Shown: positions 60,699 to 64,000 of the stretch, one piece after another
Layout of the letters: the number at the start of each line of letters is the position of its first letter
How positions within the stretch are numbered: position 1 is the first letter of the stretch
Assembly: GCA_951406725.2 (NCBI GenBank)
Contig: OX597818.1
Location: 96,410,001-96,474,000 of the forward strand
Source of the DNA: Octopus vulgaris
Lineage: Eukaryota
Direction of reading: 5' to 3'
DNA: 64,000 nucleotides
Position numbers and translations under genes: made by a program
The notes under the pieces: model-generated
Databases searched by the model: none
Told to the model about the DNA's origin: nothing
What the model saw: the letters and a program-made list of their open reading frames with translations, nothing else

Positions 60699-61463
60699 AG
60701 TAGCAATCCCAACGATAGATTTACTTTAATCATATTCTTTACTCCCATCACAATTATCATTATCATCACCGTCATGACCATTGTAATCATCATGATCACG
60801 ATCATGACCATGGTCTTCCCTCTCTCTCCTACCTTTTCATTGTCATCGTCATGTCTATCATCATTCTGTCTACTAGAAATATCAGCCAAATCCTCCTTAA
60901 ATCACAGCCTACAGACATCAAAAAGGAGAAGCTCATTGGACAATCTATTGATAGTATTGGTGTTTTTTATCACGGCACTGGTATTAATATCTTTATATTT
61001 TAGAAATTATTTCCTTTTCTAACACGGTTTGCACGTTGAAGACTACGGTAAGCCCACTTTTAAACCATGTCCTCTATTTTCAGCTGACATACTAGACAAC
61101 CTTTGTACTAACCATATTATATAAATAGTAAAATCAGAAAAAGAATACAATAGAATTAAAGAATTCTCCAACTTATTTGCTTTCTCGATTCACTTCTCGA
61201 GACCGAATCAAAAGTGTTACTCTCATAAAATAAACTCTTGTATTTGTATTGCTTTTCTCTTTTCCTTTTCTATTTATCTATTTGTTTTTTATTTTTAGCC
61301 ATAATTACTACTTTCCAAGTATATTATTAGTTTCCTAGCTAATTAGCATTTTGCTTTAAATCTAACTTCAGCTTCGGAAATTAAAGAATATTTTCGAAGT
61401 CTAATTCAATTAATACATATCCGCCAAGTGTGAGCATATTTTGTTGATGTTGTTGTTTTTAAT

Positions 61464-61602
61464 AGGCGCAGGAGTAGCTGAGTGGTTAAGAAGCATGCTT
61501 CTCAACCACGCGGCCTTGGTTTCAGTCCCATTGCGCAGCAACTTGAGCCGACCAAAGCCTTGTGAGTGTATTTGGTAGACGGAAACTGAAAGAAGCCCGT
61601 CG

Positions 61603-61685
<83 letters not shown>

Positions 61686-61862
61686 GTGTCTTGTGTTTGT
61701 TCCCCTTCAAAACTTGACAGCCGGTGTTGGTGTCTTTGTGGTTCGGCAAAAGTCGTCGGTTGGCTAAATACCAGGCTTAAAAAATAAGAACTCGAGTCGA
61801 TTTGTTCGAATGAAGACTTCACTGGCCGCAGTCCAATGATTGAAGCAAGTAAAAAGTAAAAG
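61464..61862 (+). mobile_element. SINE family A
   Basis: ggcgcaggagtagctgagtggttaag ... tggccgcagtccaatgattgaagcaagtaaaaag. Confidence 0.88.
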
Positions 61863-62370
61863 TTTGAAGTCAAAAGTCAAATACATGTAGTAAATGCTAA
61901 CATCAACCATTGGTAAAAAAAAAACCCTTGTAGAAGGGAAGTAGTTGAATAAAGGCTACGAAACTTAGATTTCCTTTTGAAGTGAACCCCGGAGTTGCTC
62001 CAAAGAACGGTATTTAATGGTGAGCCTGTTCATTCAACGTATAATACTGGGATGGCTAAATTTCTTCCTGGATGAGAAACATTTTTTATGTAATAAAGCA
62101 ATACAAAAATGCTTATAAAAGCAAAACGTAGTCGTAAATATGAATAAACGAATGCCAGCCATTCAATAGCAAAGTAAAATAAGTTTATAAACAGCTTTTA
62201 TTTCAGATGTATTAAAGAAACACGTCCAACAAAAATAATAAAGGTAAGTTGAACATTTGCAACAGGGTTGAATATTGTGATAGAGTTTGATAGTGAAAGA
62301 AGCAAACAGTAAACAGCGATGCCCACAAGAAATCAGCTATAACAGGTATATGATGTTAGAATATTTAAAC

Positions 62371-62592
62371 CAGTGGTTCTCAACCTTTTTTTTACCTATA
62401 GACATCTTCGATTCTAATTTTACTTTACAGGACCTCCATATCCATTCATTGTTTTAAAAAACAATACTATTGTACTTTTATAATTAAATATTATTAGGGA
62501 TTATAGAAAAAATTAAAATATTCTGTGTATTTTAGAAGAATAAAGCAATTTTATTAACACAATCTTATATGGACCCCTGTTGAGAACCATTG
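62371..62592. mobile_element. hAT (Charlie-type) MITE
   Basis: TIRs cagtggttctcaac / gttgagaaccattg, with degenerate 8-bp flanks atttaaac / gtcgaaac. Confidence 0.7.
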
Positions 62593-63736
62593 GTCGAAAC
62601 AGAGTTTCTAATTACACTTCGTTGCAACAGACGAGAGAATAGCCCCTGTTATAGATCAGAACAGTGGGGATATAATTATCGAGGGGTCTCTGCCGACAGG
62701 ACCTGTTATAGAGGAGGTCTGCTGATACATCGGCTCGGGTATTGAAGAGCTAAGGATGAACAAGTAACTATCTGTTATGCCCCTTCCTAAATTTTACAAT
62801 CCCTTCAATTTTTCCCGGATACTACCTTCAAGGATCCGAAAGTACTTTTGTTCAACCGTGTCATATTTCCGCGGACATGTTTTAACTGGCTTCAAATAGA
62901 CGTGTAAAAATGTACATATTTTTCTTCAGTTTTGTAAGAATTGCAATATGTGAGGTGTTCTTTTTTTTTTATTTTAACCAAATACTTCGAGAACGCTTGT
63001 ATCAGACATTTGATCAAGGAGAGTATTACAGAGAAAACCATTTTTAAGAGAACGTATCGTATATTGTAACCAATATATCGTAGTATATTCTAGTAAACAC
63101 AAGAGATATTTTCCGGCTAAAAACATGGCTACTTGATATTCATGTACTTCTAGCGCTTCCTTTCTTCCGGAGAATAAGTCCCCAGTTGTGAATACAATTA
63201 TTCTTTTGTCTTTTTCTTAAGATACGTACATACTTCGTTATTCGAGTACTTACGTCTTACATCAGAATTTCAAAAAGAAAAGATTGCAAGATTACATGGA
63301 GATAACATTCCTATTGAGAGAATATAATATTTCTATATAAAAATTTGCACTGAGAATATCCATATCAAATCAATATATATTCATGAATATCAATAATATA
63401 AAGGTCAAGATATAAATAGCAAATGTATTGGAGATCTCCATATATTGACTTCTGTGAACTATACACAATGCAGTAGATTTATTACTTTTCGTAAATATCT
63501 ATTGGGTCTGCAGGTAATTTCAAATACCTTGTTTTGAAGAGCTAGCGGTTACAATACGGTATTCATCATTGTAATCCGCATATATATATGTTGAGAAGGT
63601 TAACGATGGTCATATTTTAATATGTTGATTATATGTGCAAATGTGTGTGTTTACAAATGTGTGTACACTAACAAACTTTACAATATAGAAATGTGTCAAC
63701 GTATAAAGAATGTGTGTGAATCATTATATCTATAAG

Positions 63737-63774
<38 letters not shown>

Positions 63775-63859
63775 AAATATTTTCACCAATCTCCAGTCAT
63801 GATTATCAAAACGCGAAGCCGGTGGACTATGATAATATATATGTATGTATATATACACC

Positions 63860-63896
<37 letters not shown>

Positions 63897-63900
63897 CATA

Positions 63901-64000
<100 letters not shown>

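Overview
AT-rich, microsatellite-saturated eukaryotic (metazoan) DNA with no supportable host gene. Almost every ORF in the track is translated simple repeat. The SINE families and the (TA)n/(CA)n/(TAGA)n load suggest a coleoid cephalopod, probably Octopus; this is an inference from recalled repeat families, not a search. The window is mostly decayed mobile DNA: four tRNA-headed SINE families (about 25 copies), R4/Dong-type and RTE LINE fragments, a gag-only zinc-knuckle element, mariner relics, a Sola1-like relic, and Helitron, hAT and piggyBac-like MITEs. The main signal is a dense set of Penelope-type minimal hammerhead ribozymes (helix I - CUGANGA - helix II - GAAA - palindromic helix III - UH - helix I). 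Five are intact or nearly so (1469-1549, 15918-15962, 16404-16448, 31150-31226, 57350-57434), two carry the compensatory G3-C8 core (2573-2610, 50390-50434), and about a dozen are relics. Most lie in short non-coding, partially tandem or fold-back units in or beside (TA)n tracts, resembling retrozymes or solo pseudo-LTRs. The best example is a very young 353-bp unit whose fold-back point recurs in an independent insertion. The commonest SINE has a 3' tail resembling a decayed copy of the G3-C8 hammerhead. Coordinates were read by eye and element ends are approximate.
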